This document shows positions 38,305 through 51,705 of a stretch of 64,000 nt of DNA, piece after piece. The notes beneath the pieces are model-generated. The model did not search any database. It had not been told where the DNA came from and was given only the letters and a program-made list of their open reading frames with translations. Each line of letters opens with the position of its first letter. Positions within the stretch are counted from its first letter, which is position 1. The stretch is taken from the NCBI GenBank assembly GCA_036172245.1, contig JAYWIR010000024.1, positions 1 to 64,000 of the forward strand, read 5' to 3'. This DNA is from Raillietiella orientalis (Eukaryota). The position numbers and the translations under genes are program-made.

Positions 38305-40228
38305 GTGGCCTCTCCTGAGGCCTATCCTTCGCTAGGGCTGATGACTTCGATCAATATCAAGGTGGCGATCTTTATCAAAAACGAGCTTGCCGCCACCATT
38401 CTGGAAACCTTCTGTCCCGTACCTGAAAGAGTCATCGCCTTACGGTTTGTTCTGGTCCGCAAATTTTTTCACCAGTTTCTGGTGAATGTTTACGGACCCC
38501 ACCAAGACAAACCGTGGGACGGGCTTCGAGGTAAACAGGGCGAAGTCGTCAATCATTTCTCCGGACTCGTTGCGGGCAGGACGGTCAGGCTGGATCCGCT
38601 TGGGGATCCCCACGGGCGGGTACTTCAAGTACCTGGGCGTTCCGTTGGGGGACTTCTGCGCTGCAGAAGCCTGGTCCGACCGTCTCCAAAAGTGGAGTTG
38701 GCGATCGGCCCGTTTCGGGACGGCAAGTTTTACTTGCAGGAACGGGTGGCGGTGTGGAACGCTTTTGCGGCCCCCCTCCTCCGCCCCCTACTTTTTGTAT
38801 GCCCCATACCTCCCCAAATTCGACAAAGGACGAGGGGCCTCATTAGAAAAGCCCTCTGGGGCAATCGGAGGCCCCTCGTCCGTCTTAAAGACTTGTGCGC
38901 TCCACGCAGGGACGGTGGACTTGGTCTCCTGACGCTGGAGCGCATGAAGCGACAGCTCCGATTCCGCAAACTTGCATTTGTGGCAAAGTACTGGACCGCA
39001 CCCTGGTGTGCACCTTCACGAATCCTGGCTCAGAGGGCAACCGGCTGCCATGGATTGACCTCAATCCTAGTAGCCAACGACCGCAGCCTTAACCACTGTG
39101 GTTTTCAGCTGCGGGAATTGGTTTCCCTGTTGAGAGACAATCCGTGGATCTCCTGCATCCCAGCGGACTGGATTACCTGGCTCCAGGAATCCGTTTCCGC
39201 ATGGGCTAAAATCAACGGCTCCAGCGATGAGGACTTCTCCTGCCTCCGTAGAGGCAGGTACGCTGGTCAGCCACTGCAGGAGATCGTCAGCAACCCATGG
39301 AAGCTTCTGTGGGCCTCCTTTACCCCCCTTGCCCCAGTGCTGCCCTCCCTTAGGGAAGTTCGGGACAGCCAGCAGGAGGCATCGTGGGAAGTGTCCTGCC
39401 TCATCGGAGGCAGGAAAAAATTATTGAAGGCGTGGACGTCCCGGGAACTAGCGGAAGCTAGTACCCCGAGTGTCCCGCCAAATGGACTTTCACGCTGGGG
39501 CGCGCTGCTCGAAGTACCTCCGGAGGAGGTAAAGTGGCCCCCGGTGTCGTGGAATAACGGCACCCTTCCCCTGCAGTGGCAGGAGACGGCGTTGCTTCTG
39601 CTCCATTGGGGACTGTTAAGCAGAGCGCGCTTGTCTCACTGGACACAAGGGAGTGTGGATGCTAGTTGCCCAGACTGTGGGGAAAGAGAAACCTTTGCTC
39701 ACTTGATCATTGAGTGCGTTGCCCTTCGCGATATGTGGAACCGACACTCGTCGATCTTGAACATTCCGCGGCGCGACCCGAAGAACATTTTTCGACTCCT
39801 GATGCGGGACGCCTTGCCAGCTTCCGGGTGTGTAGCAGTGCTCTGTTGCGTACGCGGAATACTGGACAAGTGGACCGCGTCAAGGAGAGGACATGCCAGT
39901 CGGAATGCCATCCACTGGGCAACCATCTCCTTGGAGAAGGCCTGCCGTTGGCGCCGACTTGGAAAACACTTACAGGCATCCGTGACCGGATGCAGAGGCC
40001 TCCTCACGGCGTACCGGGATTCCTTCCCTTCCCTCCCCCTCCCAAAGAACATTGCCCCCCCAGGCGTTTTCTTGTTTTTGTTTATTTTCGGTTTTCTTCG
40101 CCCCTTCACCAGTGTAGAGGACCTTATCGTCCTTCGGGTCGGTAAGGACAAGTGCCTCAAGACATTCGGGCCATATGTCCCGACTGAAAAACAAGAACAA
40201 CAACAACAACAAAAAAAAAAAAACAAAT
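38305..40228 (+). mobile_element. Tx1/L1-like element B, internally deleted (APE endonuclease fragment joined to RT thumb, C-terminus and CCHC), with (CAA)n/A tail
   Basis: VAIFIK...LVNVYGP (endonuclease). In another frame GFEVNRAKS...FKYLGVPLG, then PRRDGGLGL and CPDCGERETFAHLIIEC. A T-rich 3'UTR and caacaacaac(A)n tail follow. Confidence 0.85.
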
Positions 40229-40279
40229 CATGACTGTATTATGAAATTTTTTTTGTGTATTTCGAAAAATTTTAATAAT

Positions 40280-43200
40280 AAAAGCCCCGGCTCACCGGGG
40301 TGAAAAACCCAAGGCGGCGCTCCTGGTTTGAAACGCTGCCCTATCACCAAGAGCTCGTGAAGGCGGTGCTGCAGTCGACCACCATCAGCAGAATCGCCGA
40401 CTGGGATAGCATGAAACACCGTGTCCACCTCCTCTGCAACATGTAGTTCGGAGACAGGAGACTGAGGCAATAAGCGTACCGGGAGCTGAACATTCAAGAT
40501 CGCTCCCTCTCGAAACACTGGCAAGAGTACGAGAGTCGGTACGTCTTCCTAAACATCAAGGGAGAAGTGGAAGTGTTGGAGAAGAGGAATCTGGCAACAG
40601 ATATGTTCTGTATCCATTACGATGGTCGTGCCAGCCACTGGTCGGAAGACATCACTGAAGCCTTCCAGAGGCATTACGTGGAACACTTCCAACGCAGACA
40701 TCTGTGCAAATTTTACGAAAATAGCTTCCTGAAACATCTGGAGAAAAGAGTCGATGAAAAAAAGCGAAAGCTACGTTTAAGGATCTTCGCAAGGATGTGG
40801 CACAGGGTCCTGATAATGTTCCCATCTCACACTATCAACGGTACCTGCATGCCTACAAGCATTTGTTCTACCAGCTGACGCTACGCATCATGGAAGACGG
40901 ACGACTACTGCAATCCTTCTATGAGAGTAGGATGAGATTGTTGCCAAGAGGAGGCGAACTCACGCAGGTCACCCAATGGAGGCCAATCTCGATCCTCAAC
41001 TTCGATGCCAAGTAATTGGCGAACATACGGGCCAACCGCCTAGGCAAGGTCTTGCCGAGGCTGATCTCTCCGGTCCAAAAATGTGCGGTGCCTGGACGTC
41101 ACATGTCGGCCAAGGTCAAGTGTGCCCAAGCTACCATTGGACTCAGCCGATATATCGGCGAGAACTTGGTGCTAGGCTTCACTGACACGGAGAAGGCTTT
41201 CGATACGGTGGACCATGAGATGCTGCTGAAGATTCTAGAAAGACTGGACCTCCTGGAATACTTCGGCAACTTCGTGAAGATGATACTCGAACAACAACAT
41301 TTCCACATCAAGATAAACGGGGAAACGACAGCAGCTATTCGCATGGAACGCGAAGGCCATCAGGGCGATGCTGTAAGTCCGATGCTGTTCGTTATCTATA
41401 TGGAGGCCGTCTCGTCGTTCATCGAGAGAACTGAGTACCTCCAAGGAATCAAAGTGGACATTGAAAGGTTCACCCATCTGGCCTACGCAGACGACCTTCT
41501 CTTCTTCTTGAAAAAGGAGAGAGACCAGCAAGGATTTCTGCATGTGGTGGAGCTTATGAGGGAAGGATTGGGCTTGAAGATCAACGCCCAGAAGAGCCAG
41601 CTTTTGCCCGTCGGAATCCTGGACCTCTCTACACTCAAGAGGAGAGGATTCCGTACGGTGGATCGAATTACGTACCTGAGTGTCCACATCGGAGATGCTT
41701 CGGCACCCCAATTACTGTGGAAGGAAGTCCTGGGGAGAACAGCAGAGCAAGGAGCGAAGTACAGCCGCTCGGACTTCAATATGAAGAAGAGGGTCAATCT
41801 TTGGAACGGAGTTCTCCTTTCAAAGATACTCTTTGGAGCGGCCTTCTCTACAACATCCCAGAACACCGAGCGCGAAATGGAAAAGCTTTAGCGGAGAACC
41901 CACTGGGGAAAATGTCGACCGAGAGTACGCCTTAAGCCACTGTGTCGTCCTAAGGAAGAAGGAGGATCCGGTATGAAGTCGTCTGCATACGCCGTGGACG
42001 TCATGGACATGCGACAAATCCTGGAAATGTATTCCAACTGAGACGACTGGCCGTACGCCACGCACAGGGCGTACTCGCTGTTGCGGAACAACTCGAGAGG
42101 CCTGATGACTGCGCTGGTCGGCAGAGTTGGTGAATGGTCCACCATCGACCCGTCGTGTCGAAGGAAACAGGAACACGTCAAGAAACATTTCTTGAAAATG
42201 ATCCCGAAGAGCAAGGAACTTTGGCAGGAGGAATCCATCCAGGTTATCCCGTGGATGCTCCCCGTGCAGGATGACACGAGGACCAGGATAAACCAGAGGA
42301 CCGGAGTGACTTTTCGTGATAATGAATCATGGGCACGACGACGACACCTGCATCATTCTCGGGTGCTGCGTTATGTCGAAAGGATTTCTGGCAGCTTCGC
42401 ATTCAGGACACGCGAAGTGTGGAAAAATCATCGCAACTTCGCATGGTCCAGAGTAACGAAGAGGAACATTCGCCAGCTATTAGGAGAAGAAGACTTCAGC
42501 GCCCTCCAAGATGCCGCCGACCGCTACGCTAGTAGTGGATTTAATCCACTGGCGATTGAGACGGTGCTCTAGAGGAGTGATTTAGCACCGGAAACTCAAG
42601 ATAACCTCCTCATGTTCTTCCATGGAGGTATCATGAGTGGTTCCAGGATGAAGCACTTCACGGGAATAGGAGACGAAGAAATCTGCAGGAAGTGTGGTGG
42701 AATAGATACAAGACGTCACGTACTGACTTGCCCCACACTGCAAGCCGAGTGGACTACTCTGAAAAGGGCCATCGGGCTGTCCAACTTCTCGACGATGGAG
42801 GTTTGGGCAGGGAAGTTCCAGGGAACTGGAACGGTTCCCCGCTATAACCCTATGGTAAGAGTGACGATCGCCCTTTTCATCACCGCCATTATTGTAAGGT
42901 GGTGGAAGATGAAGACCACGAGGACCACAATATCTCCCCTAGGGAACCTGATAGGGCTCATCCAGAGGGAGATTGGAATCAGAAACTGCGGGCGAGTGCA
43001 GGCCTGGAACTATCGGCATATCCTGAAAAGGATTGGAGGAGGAACCCAGGCCCAAACGACACCCAGCTGATTAATGCAGCGAACTTTCCAGAGACCCCAA
43101 GAAGCAGACTTCAAGTGAACCCCAGCGATAGGAAGTGCAATTTTTGTGCAATTTGTATGCATGAGATTGTAGTATGAAAGAGAAAATAAATTCACCCCAC
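40280..43200 (+). mobile_element. Tx1/L1-clade non-LTR retrotransposon A: 5'-truncated, decayed ORF2 (RT plus C-terminal CCHC)
   Basis: GPDN, WRPISILNFDAK, DTEKAFDTVDH, QGDAVSPMLF, AYADD, GLKINAQKS, PKEEGGSG, CRKCGGIDTRRHVLTC. In-frame stops present; AATAAA at 43185-43190. Confidence 0.9.
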
Positions 43201-45699
43201 CCCTTGTGGGAATTGGGGAAAATCGATCAATATCAATGTGGCCGCCCAGCAGCATAGGGCCACTGGTTCTCAGCTAGTTGCGGCAACTGGCTTCAGACGG
43301 TCCTCAGAAGACCACCAAGGTTTATAAGAAGTGGATCGCATGCTCTGTCGTATTCATCCAGGGAGCACCACTTTACTTCCGGTGACAGATTCTCTTGAAC
43401 TTGGCCCCCAGATTGAATTCCACAGATTCTCAGCAACTTACTGTGGATGTTGACTGCTTGTTGTTTTGGGATTTGGGCCTATTTTGGGATCGATTCCAAG
43501 GCTGCTTCGAGGATAATCTCGGGAAGATTATAGCAGCAAGGCGATCAGAGATGAAAAGATGAAACAAGTGCTCATGGCTTCCGTCAAATTCGCCTGCTTC
43601 CTGCCTGTGCCTCTGCGCAAGGGCGGCTGCCATGGTTTCTTTGGTCATCTCGTTTTTGTCAGCTATCCAAAGCTCTCGCAGAGCGAGTGGACGAGAGTGA
43701 CCACCCCTGCATGACCCAGTGTCTCAGAATCCGGGCTGGAGCAAGAGGAAACCGTTAGCGTCAAGGTGAGCTCGCGACATCCTAAACGTGAGTGTCGAAC
43801 CACAGAAAGGACACGACAGGTCTCCAAGGATCCCCATCACTATCGCTCTCTGGGGAAGGGGAGGCACGCTGATGACTCCGATTTCTCCGTGGAACGGATG
43901 GCAGCGCACCGCGCCGCAGAGAGTAATTCGGAACCACCATCGCAATTCGGAAAAGGGGGATGGCGAGGGCGACCCTCCTCGTAGTGTGCACAAGGACTGA
44001 GGTCCGCAGCCACGGGGTCGACGGGAGCAAAGCGACTCTAGCGATCTGCGCGAGACTGTTCTTGTCCTCCTGCGAGAGGTCCGCCGCTTTCCCAGCCAGA
44101 TGGCGACGGGGAACCAGGTGCGCTGGGCTGTTTGTCCGTGCATTACCGCGGCCATCGGCATCACCTTATCTCGGGTCTTCTGACCCACAGGCCGGCAACC
44201 TGAGGAAAGGCGAGAGTGACGCTCCCAGTAAGAAGGGAGATGAAATAAAATGCAAATGCATAAATATAAATTACATACAAGACGGGGAAGGTGTTTATCG
44301 GGAAGAAGTTCTTAGTGTTCCTTTCTCGATGATGCACGCCGGAAGAGAGGCACCTTGTGCGCCGCCCTTGGCTTTCCGTGCTCGTAACTTTGCAGAAACA
44401 CCGCGCAAAGTCGCTAACGCACCGGCTGGCAATGGAGCGTTTTATAATCATCAGTTGGTCACCCAGAAGCCAACGCGAGGTGTCCTCGAGGAAAGCAGCA
44501 TCCCCATAGCCGACGAAGGGTCCTTTCCGCTTCTTGCACCCTTTTCAGTTGCAACAACCGGTCCCGCATCGATTGCGATGGTCGCGGTGCTGAAACACCA
44601 TTCCCGTCGGACGCGCTCCATGCCTGGAACATCGCCCTCCCAATCATAGGTGGGATGAATCGTGCAGGACCCCAGGAGAGGTGGCGTTTTATTAAGGTTC
44701 TGGGGGTTCCACTGCGCGCTGGCGCTGGGTGGCAAGCAGGATATGCTGGCGCAGCTCGTACTCTTGCTCCACGTTCACCTCGTTTTGGCACGGTTGGGAG
44801 CCCTTCGCGCCACTTACGTCCAGCTCCGGTTGCTGCCCTAGTCGTAACGCAGCTACGGGTCGCAGCACTCTATATGTTGAAGTCCAGGCAGCTCACGATG
44901 TTTCGGACCTGATGTCAGGTAGTCAAATCCCCATGCCGTGGCACGCGTACAGGCTCTTCCCAAGCACTAGGTTCAGGGCTCCGTACAGGCACGGCATCTT
45001 TTCCATGCAGCTGCAGATAGGTCTCCTGGTGCTTCTCGTGCGGCTAGGTCATGGTGACTCTGCAATAGCCTGCATCACAGACTCCCCGAAGACGAGCGCT
45101 GACTGCCTCACGGGTAAATCTTAGGGTGCAAGTGACCGACGTGAGAGTATCGGAACTGCAACGGCCAGCTCCGCACATCGTTACCTGGAGACGAGAGCAC
45201 TGCGAGGTTCTCGGTCGTCAGAGGGAGGGCGCTCAATCGGCGCCCACCTACAGCTGGCGCGTACGGCGCCTGTATTCCGGAAGGCGCACGGAGCGAAGAA
45301 AGAGCCCGGCGCTTTGGGTGGCGGTCGCGAGCGCTTCCCGTCCGGCCGTCCTTGCTCGCACGCGCATCGACTGAGGTCGTCAGGAGCTCCACAGCCGTCG
45401 AACGGTGCTGGTGCGGAGCAACGCCGTGGGAAACGCTGCTGCTGCTTTCGTTTAGCGGGCCGCGTGTACTCGCGTACCCCTGAGCTTTCCTCGCAGCCCA
45501 TCCGGCCAACGAGGGACGAGGAGAGAAAGACGCTCGCTGGTTGGAGGCTGAGCAGCACTTCAGAGAGAACTGCTGGTTGGAGGTTGACGAACAAAAGAGG
45601 CAGAGTAAGGCCGATCCGATTCAGTCATCTCAGCATCGACTTGCAACTGAAAGAGGAACCTCTCTGAATGTGGGGATGCAAGCGGAAGGTCGCTCCAGC

Positions 45700-47480
45700 G
45701 ATCCGAAAGTCGCAGATGAAATCCGTGCTTTCCTCCGTAGCATTCAACCACCAGTCTCGAGGTTCGAAACGACTCCTAAGGCTTCGCGACCCCTGTGTGC
45801 CGAAGTTATATTTCTAAGGCTTCGAGGAAGGCAGTGGAATCAGCCCCGCTTTTTTCACAAGCGCAAACCAGCTCCAGATGTCCACATATGCGCAGATGAT
45901 CAACTGCGCAACAAGTCTGTCAATGCTATGAGAGACACCGGAGAGTTCGGCTCCCGAGGAAGGGAGAACTCTTGCAGCATCATCCAGGTACGCGCGAAAA
46001 AAATGTTCGCGTCCATGGACCTCCCTGGAACAGCGTAGATCTGTCCCGGACCTACCACAGATTCTGCAATCCTTCCTAACCGCACAACCCACAGCTTGGA
46101 AAACAACTTCTAGTCCGAGTTCACCAGGGTGATTCGGCTCCAGTTGTTCAAATGGCGGAAGTCTCCTCCTTCGGGAACCATACGCACCTTCGCCGAGGGA
46201 AAGGAAGCCGTGACATGTCGAACTCCCCTCCTCCGTCCCTATTTTTTGTATTTCCGCCCTCTTCTTTCGTGAAGACCTGGACGAAGCGCCTCCTACGGAA
46301 AGCCTAGTAGGGTGCTCATGCCATGAAAGTGGACCCAATTCGCGTTGAATCTGAGTCCAATACGCGGCGAGCTGTCATCGTGGCACGGATGTAACAGATT
46401 GCTGCAATCACAGCGCTCGTTCGCTCTTCCGGCTGTCGGTCGGTGGCGAAAGACTCGCAACCCTGTTTGCGTGCCATCATCGCCGACTCACATCTAGCAG
46501 ATTCCCCTTCCGGTGCGTCGCTACTCCGCAGAGAGCGAACATGTGGATTTCGCGCCCCCCTGGTAATGCTCTGGTCTGGCGGCAGAAGAAAGTGAGGATA
46601 TAGGCTCCAGCACACCCGAATCCTGCAGCCGATCGTTTCAGGAGAACGGAAGAACATTGGAGGATGTGGGTAGTAAGCTAGCTGACTTTGCTAGGCTAGC
46701 CACCAGCCAGCCCCTTCGCCGCAGCGGTGTCCTCCGCTGTCAGGGTACATGGCACCTGACTTCCGGCGAAGTGGGAGGTTTGCTGCGAGATCTTATTCCT
46801 CATAAAGCCTATGGGTGGCTGGAATACTGCTGACACAGCAACACGAAGAACCCTCTCCCAAGAAATGCAACGTTGCAGCGGAACTCTTTTCCATTCGGCC
46901 CTAAGAGTTGGAAGTGCCCCCTGTGTTTAGGGATCGTAACCTGCTTCATCTCAATTGGCTGCAATCGGCGCAGCTGATACTGTACTGCGCGTCTCCCGTG
47001 CAATGCGCGTCGGCACCACTGGGCGAGGGGAAGCTCATTGCCGAACTGCGCCAGGTGAGGAGAGGAGGAGACTTTCCCCCACTCATTAGCGCAATGCTTC
47101 GCCCTCCGTGTCCTGTGGGAATGTCGGCGTCCCTTTCTCACTCCGTTGATGATCCACGTTACTCTTTGGGGCATCTCTTCGTGGGAGACGCCATGACGCC
47201 CGTTGCTGCAATTGCAGCTCGGTGCTGCAGGCGCGGTGTCGTCGCAGCCAAGTACAACTCCGAGAGAGACAGGAGCGACGGGGGTCGGCCCTACACGCCA
47301 TCCGCTTCCTACACACAGCTTTGAGATGGTGCCATCTGGAAAGGGAGAAGGAGGAGCTCGCCGGCATCCTTCAACGGATGCAGAGGCCTCACCCACCACG
47401 AAAGCTGATCCCTTCCATTCCCCCCAACTAATTTATGTTGTTTTTTCCAGTCCGTTATAGTTTGTTTGATTGTTTTTCTA
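45700..47480 (+). mobile_element. Degenerate B-family LINE (element D); the mirror at ~3780-5170 (minus) is shorter
   Basis: LHLNWLQSAQLILY and, in another frame, ARRHHWARGSSLPNCAR*GEEETFPHSLAQC. Possible YADD relic HICADD near 45890. C-rich then T-rich tail. Confidence 0.65.
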
Positions 47481-48311
47481 GTTTTGTTTTATCCTTCTTC
47501 TTCGTGGACGTGATCGACCTCTCCCACCTCTCCCTAGTTTTAGTGTTATAATTGCAATCGGTGAGCCCTTTGGCTCCATCAATTTCTGCAAGGGGAATAA
47601 ACTCTCCGGCGCACCCGGGTGTGAAATCACAGCGCTCTTCTTCACTCAGCCTCCCGCGAACAAGTCTCGCGGCAAGTCCGAAGCACGATAGATCCTGCGG
47701 TTGTCTGAGCGCCGAAAGGAGTTTCCGCCTCAAGCCCTCCACGAAACCGAAGTCCAGCAAAAGGTGAGGGAGGGATTCCGTCGTTCTGCACCTTCAACAG
47801 TTCGGGGAGACAACTCTTCCGGAAACCATGTGCCTTCTCTGGTTGCATCCGAATTCCCCAACTGAGGAAAGCAGATGGCATCCTGCTGCCTACGGAGCGC
47901 GAACACGGAGGTGTCCACCACACACAGGGGTGGGACCACGAATATTTCTGGAGGCACATCAAGTAGGTCACTCTAATGAAGCGGTCCCTTCGCCCGAAAA
48001 CGAGGGGTGGCGACGTACACCTACTCGATCGTATTGCAGCCTTCCAGGAATGCTTCGACTGCTGCCGTTTTGCCAAAAACTCCCATCACCCCGGTTGGCT
48101 GCTGTCCTTGCTTGCCCTGATGGAAGACAGTGCTGCAGCAAGCGATTTGACGGCTATCCGGGACCACTGCGTCCAATCGTGCGGGATATTTCCCAGCGGT
48201 TTGCATGGGAGTTTGTGCAGCGATCGCAGTTCCTCTGGGCGCACTCCGAAAGAGACGGACCGGCACTCCAGCCTTCTGCCGCCAGAAATTCCAGCTTTGG
48301 GAAAAATTATT

Positions 48312-48442
48312 GTTCGCAGCACGTGGGGTTCCCAGGAGGTCGTCGTCCATCCAAGTAGCTGACCTGGTGTGGAGTTGCTTCACTTCGCCAATGGAAAGCA
48401 TGGCGGTGGCCCGTAGTGGCGGCACCGCCTCTCGTTCGATCG
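48312..48442 (-). pseudogene. Mirror copy of the scrambled 5S pseudogene
   Basis: Reverse complement of 2818-2948. Confidence 0.7.
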
Positions 48443-50302
48443 TTCAATTTTTTGCCTCATGGAGTCCTTCGCCCTCACTGTGCTCCCCTTGTGGCGGCTT
48501 CCACCAATGGAACGAAGCGATGTCGATCGACCAAATTTATCCCCGGATTCAAAGTTTCAACTTGGATCCGCTTCAATCGCGTGTGGGTTACCTTTCACTG
48601 CCTGTCTCCGCTGGCGAGCATAACTTTGCCTTCTTTGCTTCTCCACATGTGCGACACTGATTTTCATAAACGTTTGCAAATATTTGGACTCACTTTACTC
48701 AGAAACGACGAACCGACACTGAAATGTGCTTACTTTCCGGGCTATGGATGACGCTTTCTTCATTAAGTTTTCCCTCTCTAACAAATGTATTTTTCGGATT
48801 ATTTTAAATCCAATGATATATCTCCATTACGAAATAGAATTTATTGCTGGGCGGCGGCATGAATATTTCGGGAGGTAGGCACCATTTCCACTACTGAGGC
48901 ATCGGAATTCCTACGAATGCCCCTGTTTGACGAAGAAGCGGCTTCGAGTCTTCGATTCCTTCCTCATTCGAGGGTGGAAGTCATTCCAAGGAAGATGCCG
49001 GCGAACCTTCACAGAACGTGCCCGGAAAAAGTATCTCCAGCCTCGCCCACGCAACTGTCTGAAATCGTGGTCTTTTACCTTTTCAATTGTCAGGGGGAAC
49101 AGCGCAAGTTCCTAGATGACGTCATTGTGACACGCAGCTGCGAATCATCGATTCGTTTACGTGTTGGGCAATCTATTAGTCTCGGCGATAGATTTCGGCT
49201 CACTCCCACTGCTTCACTGGGCAATTTCCCGCCAAGGACATTCGTGTCCACAAGGGATCACTGGCTTCACAACTGGTCTCGGGTAAACCTTGCGCTGAAG
49301 ATGTTCCCATGTAAAACAGAGGAGAGAACTGGGATGGCGGGAAGGAATTTGACCACGAAAGTGCACGAAGCTTTCCTCTCGGAAGTTGCAAAAGCATGAA
49401 AAAGTGAATACTTCGCGTATCCGCGGACCAGCACGCTCCATGCGAGGTGGTTGAGAGGAGAACCAAATTCCTCTCAACCCTCACTTCAGAACCAGTACAC
49501 CACCTGATTTTCTGCGACATGTGGAGCTCTTGTGATGCTGCTTCTGGAGTATCCTTGGCAAACGATGCTGCAAGCAGTTACTCGACATTCTCAAAAGAGC
49601 CTTCGTGATGAGGACAAGGAGGTGGCCACGAGGAATGACACCGTCGTTTCAGAGTGGAGACAATCTTGTGCTGGTTCTCTTCTTTCCCTGGAATAAACCA
49701 CTCCCGTTCGCATGGCTACCACATAAGCATTCGAGCACGCAGTTGTGTGCATTCTGTTTCCATTTCGCCCTACCACAGCACTGACCAGGTGAAAAGGGTG
49801 CTCTCAATTTGCGACTTGAAGTTGGGCTGCGTGGGAAGTGTGTGGCTTGCGAGACACGTGCTTCTTTCGAGGTTGCAGACATATCCACGGGGATGTTCTC
49901 CGGGAAGAGGGTGGTGTTGGGATGGGAAATGGGGGAAGGATGGGTGGGGGATTCGCAACGGATACCCATATTTGGAGGGGGGGAGCTAAGTAGAGGGAAG
50001 GTCAGGTGTAGGGTGGGTGATTGGGTCGAGTGGACGCACCAGCTTAAATGCGACGGAGGATTCCCGCAACTTGAAGTCTGGTTTCCGGGCAGTGCAAGAA
50101 GCATCGCAGGGATTTGTGGAGCAGGGACAGAGCAAAGCTCCTAGCGATCGCTTCCTGTGTTGCAGCTTTAGGATTCTTCTTGATACTGAAAAGAAGGAGT
50201 GGGTGGGGGCGGCGCCACGCTGCATGCAGGACGGCGACCAGCTTCAACGAGCAACCACTCTTTCGGAAGCGTTCTGCTAGACAGACGCGGCCAAAAAGAA
50301 TT

Positions 50303-50421
50303 GGTCCACGGCACCCGGGGTTCCCAGGCGGTCGCCCATCCAAGTACTGATCGGGCCCGACGCTGCTTAACTTCGCCGATCGAACGAGAGACGGTGCTTT
50401 CAGCGTGGTGTGGCCGTGAAC
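50303..50421 (-). rRNA. 5S rRNA gene, mirror copy of 838-956
   Basis: Reverse complement of copy 1, including the T-tract. Confidence 0.95.
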
Positions 50422-51583
50422 GGAGGCCTTTCCCTACAAGGCACTTTTTGTGACACTTTCGCAAGGCAGCTCCCCGCCTACGCGACCGCGTGCACTTCTC
50501 CAGTGCGAACTTTTCCTGACGCGCGTTCCTCGTTGCATCGCATTCTCTTCGCCCTGCTCCGCTACTGTTCCACCTGAGCCTCCAGGCTTCGTTGGCCAAC
50601 AGAAGGCTTGTTATTCTCTGAGGTGTAGCAGCTGCGACGGGACGTGGGAAGTGCTGGAACTCCCTCGCTCGCCGCAGAGGATCATCGAGCAGGGAATGCT
50701 CTCTCACATGCTCTCTCTCATGCCAAACGCGTGCGTCCGCTTTGGCCGATCGTAGAACGGAATGTGCAGGAGGCTCTTGGAGACCACTCGGCAAGGTGAG
50801 GGGAGGATGCAACTGGAGTCTGATAGGAGTGCGGGCGTGTGTCAGAGGAATCTGACTCCCGGCAGATTGCCTTCAGCCACGAAGAATCTTCGTATGCCTC
50901 TTGAAGACACCGGCTTACATCGTTCTATACAATGAAGAAGCGTTCCTCTGTACGGCAAGCCACGCGTGCTCCACTTGTTGAGAACGGTCAATCAGCCACT
51001 AAGCTGACGCGAGCAGCTGCTAGGCCCGTGAGGGAAGGCCGGAGTACCGGAAGGGCACTAAGCTGACTGTCGGATGCCCTCTTGACTCTGGTTGTTGCTC
51101 TGCACGCCTGTCGAGATGCCAGCGGATCTGCAGGCCGCACTGCGGACCAGGAGACAACCTTCAAGCCACCGTCTTGAGCTTGGTTGACCTCTCTTACCCG
51201 CTGCGAGCATGAAGGGGCATGGTGCGGCGTGCACCAGATGGAAACACCAAGGAAAACCTCGCGTGGGACCACGACGTGCCTGCACGCACCTCTCGGTTGA
51301 CAACTGTGAGAGGTCGATAGGAAGTTTGAACGGTGGGTCGTCCCCCGGACGGATAAGAGGGAGTGAGGAGCAGAAAGAGCGGCAAAGGGTGCGAGGGAAC
51401 TCTGCAGCGAGAGCCGTCGTCGTCGCTCAGGAGGAAGCGTAGCGGACCACGGCGGAGAGAATCCGAAGGCAGGACGAACGTTCGTAAGCAAAACACTCGC
51501 ACTGGAGGAGAATACGCTGCCACGAGGGCGGGGAGCGCCCTTGCGGGAGTGTAACAAAGAGCGCCATCAAGGATACGGCCGTT

Positions 51584-51705
51584 GTGGACGGCCAATTTTT
51601 CCAGAAAAGCATCAGTTTCTCTCTTCCGATCGGCGAAGTTAAGCAACATCGGGTGCGGTTAGTACTTGGATGGGCGTACGCCTGCTAACTCCGGGCGCCG
51701 TGACC
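51584..51705 (+). pseudogene. Diverged 5S rRNA paralogue or pseudogene
   Basis: gtggacggcc...cgatcggcgaagttaagcaacatcggg...ttagtacttggatgggcg...gccgtgacc followed by a T-tract. Boxes A and C are kept, but the stems have diverged. Confidence 0.8.

Larger units (their letters stand above)
1..51258. repeat. Giant inverted duplication (palindrome 1): 5323-23498 mirrors 25015-43222, and 1-5170 mirrors 46090-51258; unique spacer 23499-25014
   Basis: ORFs recur in mirror order on the opposite strand with near-constant coordinate sums (15275..16639+ / 31908..33272-; 3861..4451+ / 46809..47399-; 447..1091+ / 50168..50812-). Junctions were checked by eye: ...gaccccatcccgggg ends at 23498 and its reverse complement starts at 25015; ccaagctgtg ends at 5170 and mirrors 46090. 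Confidence 0.97.
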
